From IMG/VR virus record IMGVR_UViG_3300028048_000054: a stretch of 64,000 bases of DNA. One strand, written 5' to 3'. The stretch comes from a virus. Its lineage: Duplodnaviria > Caudoviricetes. Below the pieces are notes generated by a model, which was not told where the DNA came from, searched no databases, and was given only the letters and a program-made list of their open reading frames with translations. Position numbers and translations under genes: made by a program. Below are positions 19,415 to 28,647 of the stretch, piece by piece; position 1 is the stretch's first letter, and every line of letters starts with the position of its first letter.

Positions 19415-19851
19415 AAATATATGGCGACCAACAAGTACAAGGTATTGCAAATGTATCTAGACGTGTTGTAGAGGGCCTAAAAGCCCAGTTGGTAAGTGGG
19501 GAATACTCATTAACAGCACGTTCTGAGAAATTTCATAGATTTACGGCTACAGCAGCAGCCTCTGTAGTACTTCCAAATGCTACCACATTAACCAGCGGGT
19601 ATGAGTTTATATTTTATACCACATCTTCAAATATTACACTAAAGAATTATTCTGGGTCAGCATTGCAAGTATTTGAACCTGGTGTTATGTATTTTGTATA
19701 CTTGATGGGAAACTCTACCGCTGACGGTGAGTGGGTTATCACTATGGATACTTCATATGATATTGCGGTGGGTTCTGCCGATACTCCATCCGCAGGTGTT
19801 CGCGCTTATTTCAAAACTGTGTCAGAATATACAGGAAGTTTGACTGATTAG
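19411..19851 (+). CDS. Tail fibre-associated structural protein
   Basis: 146 aa; ASVVLPNATTLTSGYEFIFY...ITL motif is common in fibre domains. Confidence 0.45.
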   Translation: MKIYGDQQVQGIANVSRRVVEGLKAQLVSGEYSLTARSEKFHRFTATAAASVVLPNATTLTSGYEFIFYTTSSNITLKNYSGSALQVFEPGVMYFVYLMGNSTADGEWVITMDTSYDIAVGSADTPSAGVRAYFKTVSEYTGSLTD

Positions 19852-19862
19852 GAGAATTACAG

Positions 19863-21692
19863 ATGGCTGGATTAAGAAAAAAATATATTACAAAACCAGA
19901 AAGAATTTATGCAGACCCCCTACACCCGTCTACATCTGATTATGATGTTGTAATTCCTCAATCAACAACCGACGCTGTATTGGTCGAAGGTACAAACGAA
20001 ATATTAACCGATTACTTGAAAGACGTTGGTGGTGTAAAAGTAGAACAGCGCAATACAATGATTGCTGGAGATGAGGTTGTCAAGGTTAATGGCAATAATA
20101 TAACAGTTGGTAATTATGCTGTTTCTATTGCTGATGGGTTTAATGAAAAAGGTGTTCCACAGGATTCAATTTATTACACTACTACATATACATCAGTTGC
20201 AACACCTACAGCAAATGATAATTATTTATTAATTTTGAAAAATGGCACTTTTGCGTATTGTACGTATTTTGATGGTGGGCGTGATTTTCCAACAACCAAT
20301 TTAATTACCAATCAAGTATTTTTTAATGAACAGTTAAGACGTGCCTATAAATATGATGGTTCTACGTGGGTTGAATATCCTTGTACGGCCATAGCTCGGT
20401 TTGAAAATGCTCAACTTGCAGAAATACTTCCATTTAATACGTGGTGGTGGGATGAAGTAGTGTGGGAAAATCACGAAGCAGATATTCCAGCGGGTATGCA
20501 AGTGTCTGTTTATGAAGATTCAAATGGTGACAACTATCTTAGAGTTAGAAAAGGCGGTGTAATTGATGCAGGGCACATATTTACACTAGAAAATGATATA
20601 TACAAAAAAGTACAATTACCATTTTCTGTTGGTCAAGAGGGTGGTAGTAATGATGGTAATTATACTAATGTAATGACAAATATTATTCCTGTAGATATTA
20701 CGTCAGATAATCTTCAAGGATTCTCTGTAAGCGGGAACAATGTCTCAGAAGTGTTCAATGCTTTAAATCCAACATTGGCTCCAAGTAGTCCAAGGTGGCA
20801 AGAGAGTGGTGCTCCTGCATACTTTAGTATATCTTTTCCACAAGCAAAATCAATAAACAAGTACATAATTACATCATACGCGGATGACAATGAAGTTGGG
20901 CGTATTGCTAATAGTTGGGTGCTACTAGGTTCTAATGACGGTGTGCATTGGGATGTTATCGATGAGATTAATAACGCAGGTTTTACAGGTGTTGGTCAAC
21001 CAAAGTCGTTTAGTCCAACAAATGTTAAATCCTATAGTTCTATTAAATTTATTGTTAAAGGGACTGTTGGAAACGCTAACTCATATGTATCTGTTGGACA
21101 AGTTAGATTTTACTCATCCGTTCCAGAATTAAATGTGTTTGTAATTACTAATGATGCAGGAACAACAGATGTGTTAACCTCTCCATATTCTGGACCAACA
21201 CTTCCAGTTGGATTCACATATTATCATAGAATTGGTAAAATAAGTATCGGGGAGACAGCAAACCTCTTTGGTGCTTTCCCATCTGTGTCTATTGGCATTG
21301 ATGCTGCTGGAAAGTATGAAACCGCCAGCACAGAAATTGATAAAAAAGCTAATTCTTCATTAAATAACTTAAATTCTGAAGCAATGAAGTTGGTATCTAC
21401 ATTGAGTGCTCCACGTATGGATATGCATAACAGTTCTGTATTAAGTAATATGGTTGTTTACCAAGCCCCTGTAAGTGGATATGTAATTGTTTATAATACA
21501 GTAAATACAACGCTGGTTTATAACCACAGTGCCAGTGAATTAGTATCTCAGAACTCGGCAGACGCTCTTGCTGGGGGCTCTGCTCCTGGTATTCCGTGTT
21601 CAGTTTGTGTTGCACAGGGTTCATACTATAAGATTAATTCCACAGGGGCTACATTAATGAAATTTGTACCATCAGTGGGTGCTACTTTATAA
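19863..21692 (+). CDS. Tail fibre/receptor-binding protein with F5/8 type C (discoidin/CBM32-like) domain
   Basis: RWQESGAPAYFSISFPQAKSINKYII...NSWVLLGSNDGVHWDVID...YSSIKFIV...VSVGQVRFY is a discoidin signature; followed by a Tfa-like gene. Confidence 0.7.
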   Translation: MAGLRKKYITKPERIYADPLHPSTSDYDVVIPQSTTDAVLVEGTNEILTDYLKDVGGVKVEQRNTMIAGDEVVKVNGNNITVGNYAVSIADGFNEKGVPQDSIYYTTTYTSVATPTANDNYLLILKNGTFAYCTYFDGGRDFPTTNLITNQVFFNEQLRRAYKYDGSTWVEYPCTAIARFENAQLAEILPFNTWWWDEVVWENHEADIPAGMQVSVYEDSNGDNYLRVRKGGVIDAGHIFTLENDIYKKVQLPFSVGQEGGSNDGNYTNVMTNIIPVDITSDNLQGFSVSGNNVSEVFNALNPTLAPSSPRWQESGAPAYFSISFPQAKSINKYIITSYADDNEVGRIANSWVLLGSNDGVHWDVIDEINNAGFTGVGQPKSFSPTNVKSYSSIKFIVKGTVGNANSYVSVGQVRFYSSVPELNVFVITNDAGTTDVLTSPYSGPTLPVGFTYYHRIGKISIGETANLFGAFPSVSIGIDAAGKYETASTEIDKKANSSLNNLNSEAMKLVSTLSAPRMDMHNSSVLSNMVVYQAPVSGYVIVYNTVNTTLVYNHSASELVSQNSADALAGGSAPGIPCSVCVAQGSYYKINSTGATLMKFVPSVGATL

Positions 21693-21701
21693 GGAGTTGA
21701 T

Positions 21702-22031
21702 ATGATTTGTGTACATTATGATAGAATTACTGGAAAGATTTTAGGTGCATTTGATAGTAAAATGGATAATATTCCAACACCTAATGTACGTGTCACTGAA
21801 GAATATTGGGCTGACTTAGATGGAAAAGATAAGAAAGTTGACCTAAAAACACTTGCTGTAGTTGGTATTAATAAAGTTGTTCAACCCAATATTGACGAAC
21901 TAAGAAGACAGGCATATGTAAAAGAAGCAGACCCACTTTTCTTCAAATGGCAGCGTAAAGAATGCACCAAAACTGATTGGATGAATAAAATTAAAGAAAT
22001 TAAGAAACGTTACCCAAAATCCACTGATTAG
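21702..22031 (+). CDS. Tail fibre assembly chaperone-like protein
   Basis: HYDRITGKILGAF...IPTPNVRVTEEYW and RRQAYVKEADPLFFKWQR...IKKRYPK are typical of fibre-assembly proteins. Confidence 0.7.
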   Translation: MICVHYDRITGKILGAFDSKMDNIPTPNVRVTEEYWADLDGKDKKVDLKTLAVVGINKVVQPNIDELRRQAYVKEADPLFFKWQRKECTKTDWMNKIKEIKKRYPKSTD

Positions 22032-22052
22032 TATACATTTGCATATTAAGTG
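22031..22052 (+). promoter_or_regulatory. Candidate late promoter motif, copy 3
   Basis: GTATACATTTGCATATTAAGTG in the gap before the 22068 gene. Confidence 0.6.
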
Positions 22053-22067
22053 GATACAGGTGGATTA

Positions 22068-23789
22068 ATGTATAACAGATATAGAATTTTTGACTGGTAT
22101 TTACAAGATGCTACAAACTACTCCAAAACAAGTTATTTGGGTGTGGGTTGTGGCTCTTTGTCTGTAGGGGAAGAAACAGAATTTAATACAGATACCTATT
22201 TTTATAATGTAATAAATATCTTCCCAAATTCTATTGGAAATACATTTGCGGCCAGAGTAGCGGTAACAACAGACACTCCTATCGAGATGGCTATAGAGGA
22301 TGGCACATATAATTTACCATTGATGATTTCTGAAAGTGGAGTTATAATAGAGGGCACCTCAATAGCAGTAGATGCAACACAATTTCACGATTATTGGTTA
22401 TGTTTAAAAGGAACTAGTGCCAAATTATACATTGATAACCAATTAAAGTGGTCTGGCGAACCGTCTCTAACTACGTCGGAACAGATGCACCATATAGGGT
22501 TTAAGAATTATGTAAGTGGTGAATCTACCATTTACATTAAACTTTTAAGATGTACTTATGGTGAAAGACACCCAATTGATTTTGATAATTTAAATTTTGA
22601 AGTAGAAGTTGATACTATCGATACTTTTGATTCACCAAACTTAAAAACATACTATAATGTAGGTGACAAGGTTTATTGTAGGCAAGACCAGACAGTAGAG
22701 TCAGAGGCACACGGGAATAAACGCGCCCGTTCCTTTAGAATACCACTTATTCAAAGACAGCCTGATATGCCATATTTTTTCTTTTACCGTGTTCGTGTAT
22801 TAGGAGAAAATAATCAAACATCAGATTGGGCCTACTATTTATTTGACCAACCAGATAATCCATTTATTTTTGCTACTAAATTACAGTTAACCACAGTAAA
22901 CAATGCGTTACCAAATTTAGTAGTGTTTTGTGAAGAGAATAGGTCATCATACATTTTTATAAAAGGTACACGACAAGACTATGATGGTGAGAATTATATC
23001 TATGATAGCCTATCACTAGGGTATTGGAAAAAGGTTAACAACTCTTACTTTATGTTAGACCCAGACTTAACAGACGTTATTTGGCAACATATGTATGAGG
23101 ACAGATTGCCAGGAGCAAATGTATATTCTCGTTATAATAAATCTGGTAATGTATCAACAATTTTAGAAGCAGATGCTATTATGATTGATGAAGTAAGAAC
23201 TAAGTTACTTCAAACAATTAGAAACTCGTGTATTCAATTAGCATCTGATACTGTTTTAGAAGATAACTTTGGTAAAAAATACAATTTATCAAAAGATTAT
23301 TTTGACAATTTATTAGAGTATAGATATGCTCTTTTAACAATTCAAAATGCTTACTGTTTTCCTGGTGAATACAACTGGATGGAACAAATTTTTGAAACTA
23401 TCACAGGTGTAAAGCCAGACATTTTTGAATTGAAAAACTCAACAGGTTGGGTGATATGGGATGACGTAGATATGTTCTACGCTCCAGACGATGAAAAGTT
23501 CGTATTAATGGACGATACAACTTTATATCCAGCATATAAAGAAGCCGTACTTTATTCTGACAATGAGTTGGCGTTTGGGTTTGATATAAGTATTTATAAT
23601 CCATACGATATGAAATTGCCAGAAAAGATGGTAAAAGAAATTATAACTAATTTCAAACCAGCAGCATCATCGGCAAATATCATTATGCACGATGCCGATG
23701 GTAGAGAGTATCAATATCCTGGTTATTATGGGTTTGCTCACTATGCCAGAGACTTGTATTACCCAGCAACATTTGAGGAAGAACATTGA
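22068..23789 (+). CDS. Baseplate/tail structural protein (LamG-like N-terminus, gpI-like wedge C-terminus)
   Basis: Start refined to ATG 22068 (AGGTGG SD). DATQFHDYWLCLKGTSAKLYIDNQL is ConA/LamG-like; LEDNFGKKYNL...LEYRYAL...IITNFKPAAS is gpI-like. Confidence 0.5.
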   Translation: MYNRYRIFDWYLQDATNYSKTSYLGVGCGSLSVGEETEFNTDTYFYNVINIFPNSIGNTFAARVAVTTDTPIEMAIEDGTYNLPLMISESGVIIEGTSIAVDATQFHDYWLCLKGTSAKLYIDNQLKWSGEPSLTTSEQMHHIGFKNYVSGESTIYIKLLRCTYGERHPIDFDNLNFEVEVDTIDTFDSPNLKTYYNVGDKVYCRQDQTVESEAHGNKRARSFRIPLIQRQPDMPYFFFYRVRVLGENNQTSDWAYYLFDQPDNPFIFATKLQLTTVNNALPNLVVFCEENRSSYIFIKGTRQDYDGENYIYDSLSLGYWKKVNNSYFMLDPDLTDVIWQHMYEDRLPGANVYSRYNKSGNVSTILEADAIMIDEVRTKLLQTIRNSCIQLASDTVLEDNFGKKYNLSKDYFDNLLEYRYALLTIQNAYCFPGEYNWMEQIFETITGVKPDIFELKNSTGWVIWDDVDMFYAPDDEKFVLMDDTTLYPAYKEAVLYSDNELAFGFDISIYNPYDMKLPEKMVKEIITNFKPAASSANIIMHDADGREYQYPGYYGFAHYARDLYYPATFEEEH

Positions 23790-23908
23790 AAGAACGACCT
23801 TTATTAAGATGTACTAAGTGTCATAATACAGAGTTTAATTGTAAGTTTGACAGAAGAGAAGGAAAATTAGTTTTTATTTGTGCGAAATGTGATAACATAA
23901 TTTATTAG
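23786..23908 (+). CDS. 40-aa Zn-ribbon microprotein (not in ORF track)
   Basis: TTG start overlapping the upstream TGA, GAGGA SD 6 nt upstream; MKERPLLRCTKCHNTEFNCKFDRREGKLVFICAKCDNIIY with two CxxC; fills the gap almost exactly. Confidence 0.7.
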   Translation: MKERPLLRCTKCHNTEFNCKFDRREGKLVFICAKCDNIIY

Positions 23909-23917
23909 GTAAGTAAA

Positions 23918-26497
23918 ATGGCAAAATCAAATAGTTTAATTATTCTTAAAAACTCTTCCTATGCAAAAGGAAGAAAATATGTGGTAGATGCCAATGATTT
24001 GATGACTAACTTCAAAATCATTTTGGACTCTGCTGGCACATCTTCTATTCGTGATGTTATCGAAGCAACTGGTCAGTATTTCAATCCGTTGGTATCAGAC
24101 CAATTATTAAATGCCATTACACAACTTACCTTAGCAGCAAATTATTTTAAAGATATTGGTCGCACAAATGAAGTAATTCTAGAACCATATACTGTTGGAT
24201 ATGGTACTCCAACACAGTATGTTCATAAAATGGTTGTAAAATTTAGACCATCAAGACCAAATACTGGACCAACAACACTTGCATTTAATGGTACAACTGG
24301 TGTTTCTCTACTCACAGATATGTATGAGGAATTAACATCAGGTGTATTATTACCAACATCAGATTATACCGCAGAGTATGATGCAGATAGAAATGCGTTT
24401 ATTTTGTCATCATCATTAGAGGATAGTGGTAGTGTAGCACTCCAAGAAATTCGTAGATTAGTAGAGAGTGCTGGACTTATTTATTCATCAGTACTAGAAC
24501 AACAATTAATGCAGGCAGTTGCAACTTATGCGCTTCAACCATCATATGTTTGTTTTTCTGATGAAAACAATGTTAGAATTAATAATTATGTACTTAAACC
24601 ATATGGTGTATTTGCACAAATGCCAAAATACACCGATGGTATGGTAATTAGATTTAGACCAAACTTTTCAAATACTTTATCGAATCCAACCATACAAGTA
24701 TATGGGATGGAAAGATACCCACTGGTTGCCGCTAACGGTGACACAATTCCAACTGGTTCTATTTCTACAGATTTTGATGTTGTTGTAAAATATGATTCGG
24801 AAAAATTTTATTTAGTGTCCAATGGGCTGTCATCATTAAAGTTACAAGATGGCCCAGTTGTTACAAAGATTTCGAATGATACATCTTTAGGTGATGGAGC
24901 ATCTGATAAGTTAACAACAGAATTTGCTGTAAAAACATATGTTGATGCCAAAGTAAATGCTACTAAGAACTATGCGGTAGCATCTGGTAAAGAAGATGTA
25001 GACGGTAAACCAGATTTTCTTGAAAAAACAGATGATACAACAGTAACAATTATGGCTGGGGAAAATGGTAAACCTAGTTATATTGATATGACTTCAATAG
25101 ATAATGCAGTAGCATCTGAGTGTAAGGACCCAACAACCGATATAGATGAGGACGGGGATGAAGTAACAACAACTTATGATTTGGCAAATTGTTTTGATGG
25201 TGATAATGATACTTATTATGAAACCAAAAAACAAGGGGCTGATGTAGAGGGTATCAAAAATGCTGAAATGGAGGGTCAGTATATTGTAATGCCAGAATTT
25301 GTTGGTGCCACTGGGTTAGATACTGCTGTGTCAAAAGTAAGGTTTTTAGGTAACTCATCGGTATCTTTGCCTAGGTCAGTATTCTTCCAGTATTCTATTG
25401 ATGGTGGAGAACATTGGCAGGATGTAGGAACTGAGACATACCAACAAGCAGATGCTGATGGTGAAATTAAAACTTACGTAAAGCGTGATATTTACCAGGT
25501 TGACTTTAACTCTGGTGAGTATTCAGATGTTGACGTTGATATTATACCTTACGTAGATGCAACAAATCCAGATTTAGGTGTTGCGGATACCTATGATGTT
25601 AGATGTTATGCGTATGAATTTTTAGGTACAACGGGTTGGCAATTAGTAAATTATCAATTTTGTAAAGAGTCTGTTGAAATTAAACCTTTAGTTCTTACTT
25701 ATGCAGACGGAACATCTGAAGTAATTACAGAAAAGATTCCATTATCAACAGCAGACTTGGGTGAATTAGAGACCTCTGCTGTTATTATAAAACACTATGG
25801 GGGACAGTTTGAGTTGGTAGATGGTTCAAAGTATAAAGAAGCATTCATTGAGCCTACACCAGCAAACGGTGTATTATGGGTAAAATTAGGTAGTGCCCAT
25901 TTATCAACATACTACTATAATGAAGTCGAAGAGGGAGTAATTCAACGACAAGAAGACAAGTTTGTTAAAGTTGGTAGAATTAGTGTTAACAACCGCGTAA
26001 TTTCAAGTTGTTTTCCTGGTGCATTTAATGGTGAGTACTCTGTTTCTAATCTACCGTTAGCAGATAATACATCTATCTCGCATAATATTGGTAGTTTAAA
26101 TAGTGCTAAAATGTTTATTACGTGTATTGGTTCAAATGGTGGGTATGTGGATGGTGACACAGTAGAATTAGTTACACAGGCAATTGATGCAAATTTTAGC
26201 CAAATGTTTTCAGTATCAACTACAGTAAATGGAACAGACATTACGATTAATCCGTTGAATATTGGTGGGGTAGATTATAATATAACCTATTCACCAAATC
26301 CACATAATCATACGGCAACAAGCACTGTTACAAGTAGTGCCTCTACACAACCTACATATCGTGTTGTGACAAGTGGATTAGAAACCGCTGTATTAAGATA
26401 TAACAGTATTGTATTACCAAATAAAAATACTGGCACTCTATTTGCTATAAATCCAGCACTTTGGAGATTGAGTGTGTTTTGCTCTAGGAGTTTTTAA
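23918..26497 (+). CDS. Tail fibre-like structural protein with internal tandem duplication
   Basis: 859 aa; two ~140-aa repeats (IRDVIEATG...QLLNAI...KFRPSRPNT / IRRLVESAG...QLMQAV...RFRPNFSNT); LTTEFAVKTYVDAK fibre motif; discoidin-like middle (ANCFDGDNDTYY). Confidence 0.6.
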   Translation: MAKSNSLIILKNSSYAKGRKYVVDANDLMTNFKIILDSAGTSSIRDVIEATGQYFNPLVSDQLLNAITQLTLAANYFKDIGRTNEVILEPYTVGYGTPTQYVHKMVVKFRPSRPNTGPTTLAFNGTTGVSLLTDMYEELTSGVLLPTSDYTAEYDADRNAFILSSSLEDSGSVALQEIRRLVESAGLIYSSVLEQQLMQAVATYALQPSYVCFSDENNVRINNYVLKPYGVFAQMPKYTDGMVIRFRPNFSNTLSNPTIQVYGMERYPLVAANGDTIPTGSISTDFDVVVKYDSEKFYLVSNGLSSLKLQDGPVVTKISNDTSLGDGASDKLTTEFAVKTYVDAKVNATKNYAVASGKEDVDGKPDFLEKTDDTTVTIMAGENGKPSYIDMTSIDNAVASECKDPTTDIDEDGDEVTTTYDLANCFDGDNDTYYETKKQGADVEGIKNAEMEGQYIVMPEFVGATGLDTAVSKVRFLGNSSVSLPRSVFFQYSIDGGEHWQDVGTETYQQADADGEIKTYVKRDIYQVDFNSGEYSDVDVDIIPYVDATNPDLGVADTYDVRCYAYEFLGTTGWQLVNYQFCKESVEIKPLVLTYADGTSEVITEKIPLSTADLGELETSAVIIKHYGGQFELVDGSKYKEAFIEPTPANGVLWVKLGSAHLSTYYYNEVEEGVIQRQEDKFVKVGRISVNNRVISSCFPGAFNGEYSVSNLPLADNTSISHNIGSLNSAKMFITCIGSNGGYVDGDTVELVTQAIDANFSQMFSVSTTVNGTDITINPLNIGGVDYNITYSPNPHNHTATSTVTSSASTQPTYRVVTSGLETAVLRYNSIVLPNKNTGTLFAINPALWRLSVFCSRSF

Positions 26498-28647
26498 TGA
26501 AACGTGTAAATTGGTTTTCAGGTCAACAAGTTCAAAAAGAAGATTTATCATACTTACAGGAATCACTGGCAGGTGAAATATCTAGCCGTACTTCTAGTCA
26601 GTATTCAAAGGGTATTATTTCTCCAGTAAGTACCTATGTTGGTGTAGATGTAGACCAAACACTTGTTATTCACCCATTTAGAGCATACACAGAGTCTGGT
26701 GAACAAATTGTTATTCCAGAAGATAAAAGAAGATTGGCACTCGATTTAACAGACGACTCAAATAGACAACTTGGTACGCAAGGGTTTTTGGAAGATGACC
26801 AGTTCGGGTGGAGAGAGAATACACCATATATCATTGTTGCAAGATATATGGAAGAGGCTGCAAGACCAAGACCACACTATCGAACTAGAGAACCATATGC
26901 AACACGTATATATGGTGGTTTTAAGTTCTTCGCTATGCGTGAGGGACTCGACCCATTGGAAGAAAATGGTATTAATCCATACATAATTTTAGCAAAAGCA
27001 ATCTATACAGAGGGAACATTGTTTGTAACAACTGCTGGTGTAACAGAATATGCAGGATTAGATGCAACACGTGTATCTACAACTGTAAAATCTAATATTA
27101 ATGGTACATATGATTTAAATTCACCTATCAGTGTTGAGACACACATTAGAAGTATTGGTGACCCAAATAGAGTTAGTGCAAAGAATCCACACGGTATCAC
27201 TGCTGAAATTCTTGGATTAGATGCAAGTGCGGTTCCTAGTCACGAAAAATTATTCCACTCAAATGGTTTTATAGGTGACCCAACAGACGTTACTTCGTGT
27301 TTTTATGCGTCTATAGATTCACGCGGTATAGGTGTAGATTATGTTAGTATTAGAAATTTAAATACTGGTGATAATTTACACTATAATGGTAATACAATCA
27401 CCGAATTTGTTTATAATACTGATAAGATTTATATTGCTCTAACTGATGATAATATTTGGCCAGACGGAACATACTATATTTATGCTGATTTAGAAACAAG
27501 AGAGATTGGTGTTGCTGCAAGTTCTCAATCTGTTGTTGATAATAGAACATACAATATTATTTACAATCAACAGGTACAGTATACAAAGAGCCCAATTCAT
27601 ATTAATTCATTAAATAATAATACACAATATAAATTATACACTCTAACATTTAGTGAAAGTAAACAATATACAACGATAGACTTGCACGGGCGTGGATTAA
27701 ACTTATCTAACTTTACAGCAATGACAGACCACCGTGTATTTGGTTCTATTTCTGCATCAAACTTACAGAGAAATCACGATGGGGATTTAGTATTATCATT
27801 TCCATTGAAAACAACTGCGGTCAAATTTTCGGATAAGACAATTCTTACTTCAGCAAATGCTTACCCAACAAATTATGTGGATAAGTCATTGAGACTTTAT
27901 TATGTTGATGGCACAACGATTAAAGTAGGGGCTGGAAGTTGTAAGGACTCAACCAATAAAAACTTATTAACTTTAAAGGGTGATTATACCAAAAATTTTT
28001 TTACAGATTGGAACGTAGGACCGAGTAATAAAGGTGGCCTGGCCCCATTAGTTGAAAAAAGACAGGGAACATACCACATTTTTGTTATTGGTAAAGAAAA
28101 TGGTGACACTGACGTTGCTATTGATACTGATATAAATGCTTCACATTGTGTATCTTCAAATCCATCTATAAGTTCACCTATTCCAGATTATAGATATTAT
28201 AGACGTATTGGAAGTGTGTATGTGTTTACGATAGTAATGCCAGATACAACAACACAATTACAATTAAAGCCATTTATAACTCTTCCTGATTCGGGGAATG
28301 GTGTAGAAACTATTTATACACAGAATATTGGAAGCGGGTATGTTGATGACAATGGTGATACAGTATTCCCAATTCCTACTATTTACGGTGGGGTTAATAC
28401 AATATTCTCTTATATGAGAGTGAAACTTAATGTTACAGACCCAGCGGGTACAACTTTTAAAGAATATTTGCCAATTTCAAAAACTGAAGCACCAAAAGAT
28501 GGGGATGGGTATTATACTGTAATCGATTTACCACACACCCTATCATTAGGGGCTAATGACATTTCCACTTTTAATGGAAAAGCAAAATTTTCAACTACGT
28601 CGTGGCAAGGATACATAATTTCATACTTTGACCCAAGGATTATATAA
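26497..28647 (+). CDS. Virion structural protein (baseplate/fibre), paralog A
   Basis: 716 aa; MKRVNWFSGQQVQKEDL N-terminus and NPHG...HxxxxHSNG motifs shared with the next gene. Confidence 0.55.
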   Translation: MKRVNWFSGQQVQKEDLSYLQESLAGEISSRTSSQYSKGIISPVSTYVGVDVDQTLVIHPFRAYTESGEQIVIPEDKRRLALDLTDDSNRQLGTQGFLEDDQFGWRENTPYIIVARYMEEAARPRPHYRTREPYATRIYGGFKFFAMREGLDPLEENGINPYIILAKAIYTEGTLFVTTAGVTEYAGLDATRVSTTVKSNINGTYDLNSPISVETHIRSIGDPNRVSAKNPHGITAEILGLDASAVPSHEKLFHSNGFIGDPTDVTSCFYASIDSRGIGVDYVSIRNLNTGDNLHYNGNTITEFVYNTDKIYIALTDDNIWPDGTYYIYADLETREIGVAASSQSVVDNRTYNIIYNQQVQYTKSPIHINSLNNNTQYKLYTLTFSESKQYTTIDLHGRGLNLSNFTAMTDHRVFGSISASNLQRNHDGDLVLSFPLKTTAVKFSDKTILTSANAYPTNYVDKSLRLYYVDGTTIKVGAGSCKDSTNKNLLTLKGDYTKNFFTDWNVGPSNKGGLAPLVEKRQGTYHIFVIGKENGDTDVAIDTDINASHCVSSNPSISSPIPDYRYYRRIGSVYVFTIVMPDTTTQLQLKPFITLPDSGNGVETIYTQNIGSGYVDDNGDTVFPIPTIYGGVNTIFSYMRVKLNVTDPAGTTFKEYLPISKTEAPKDGDGYYTVIDLPHTLSLGANDISTFNGKAKFSTTSWQGYIISYFDPRII

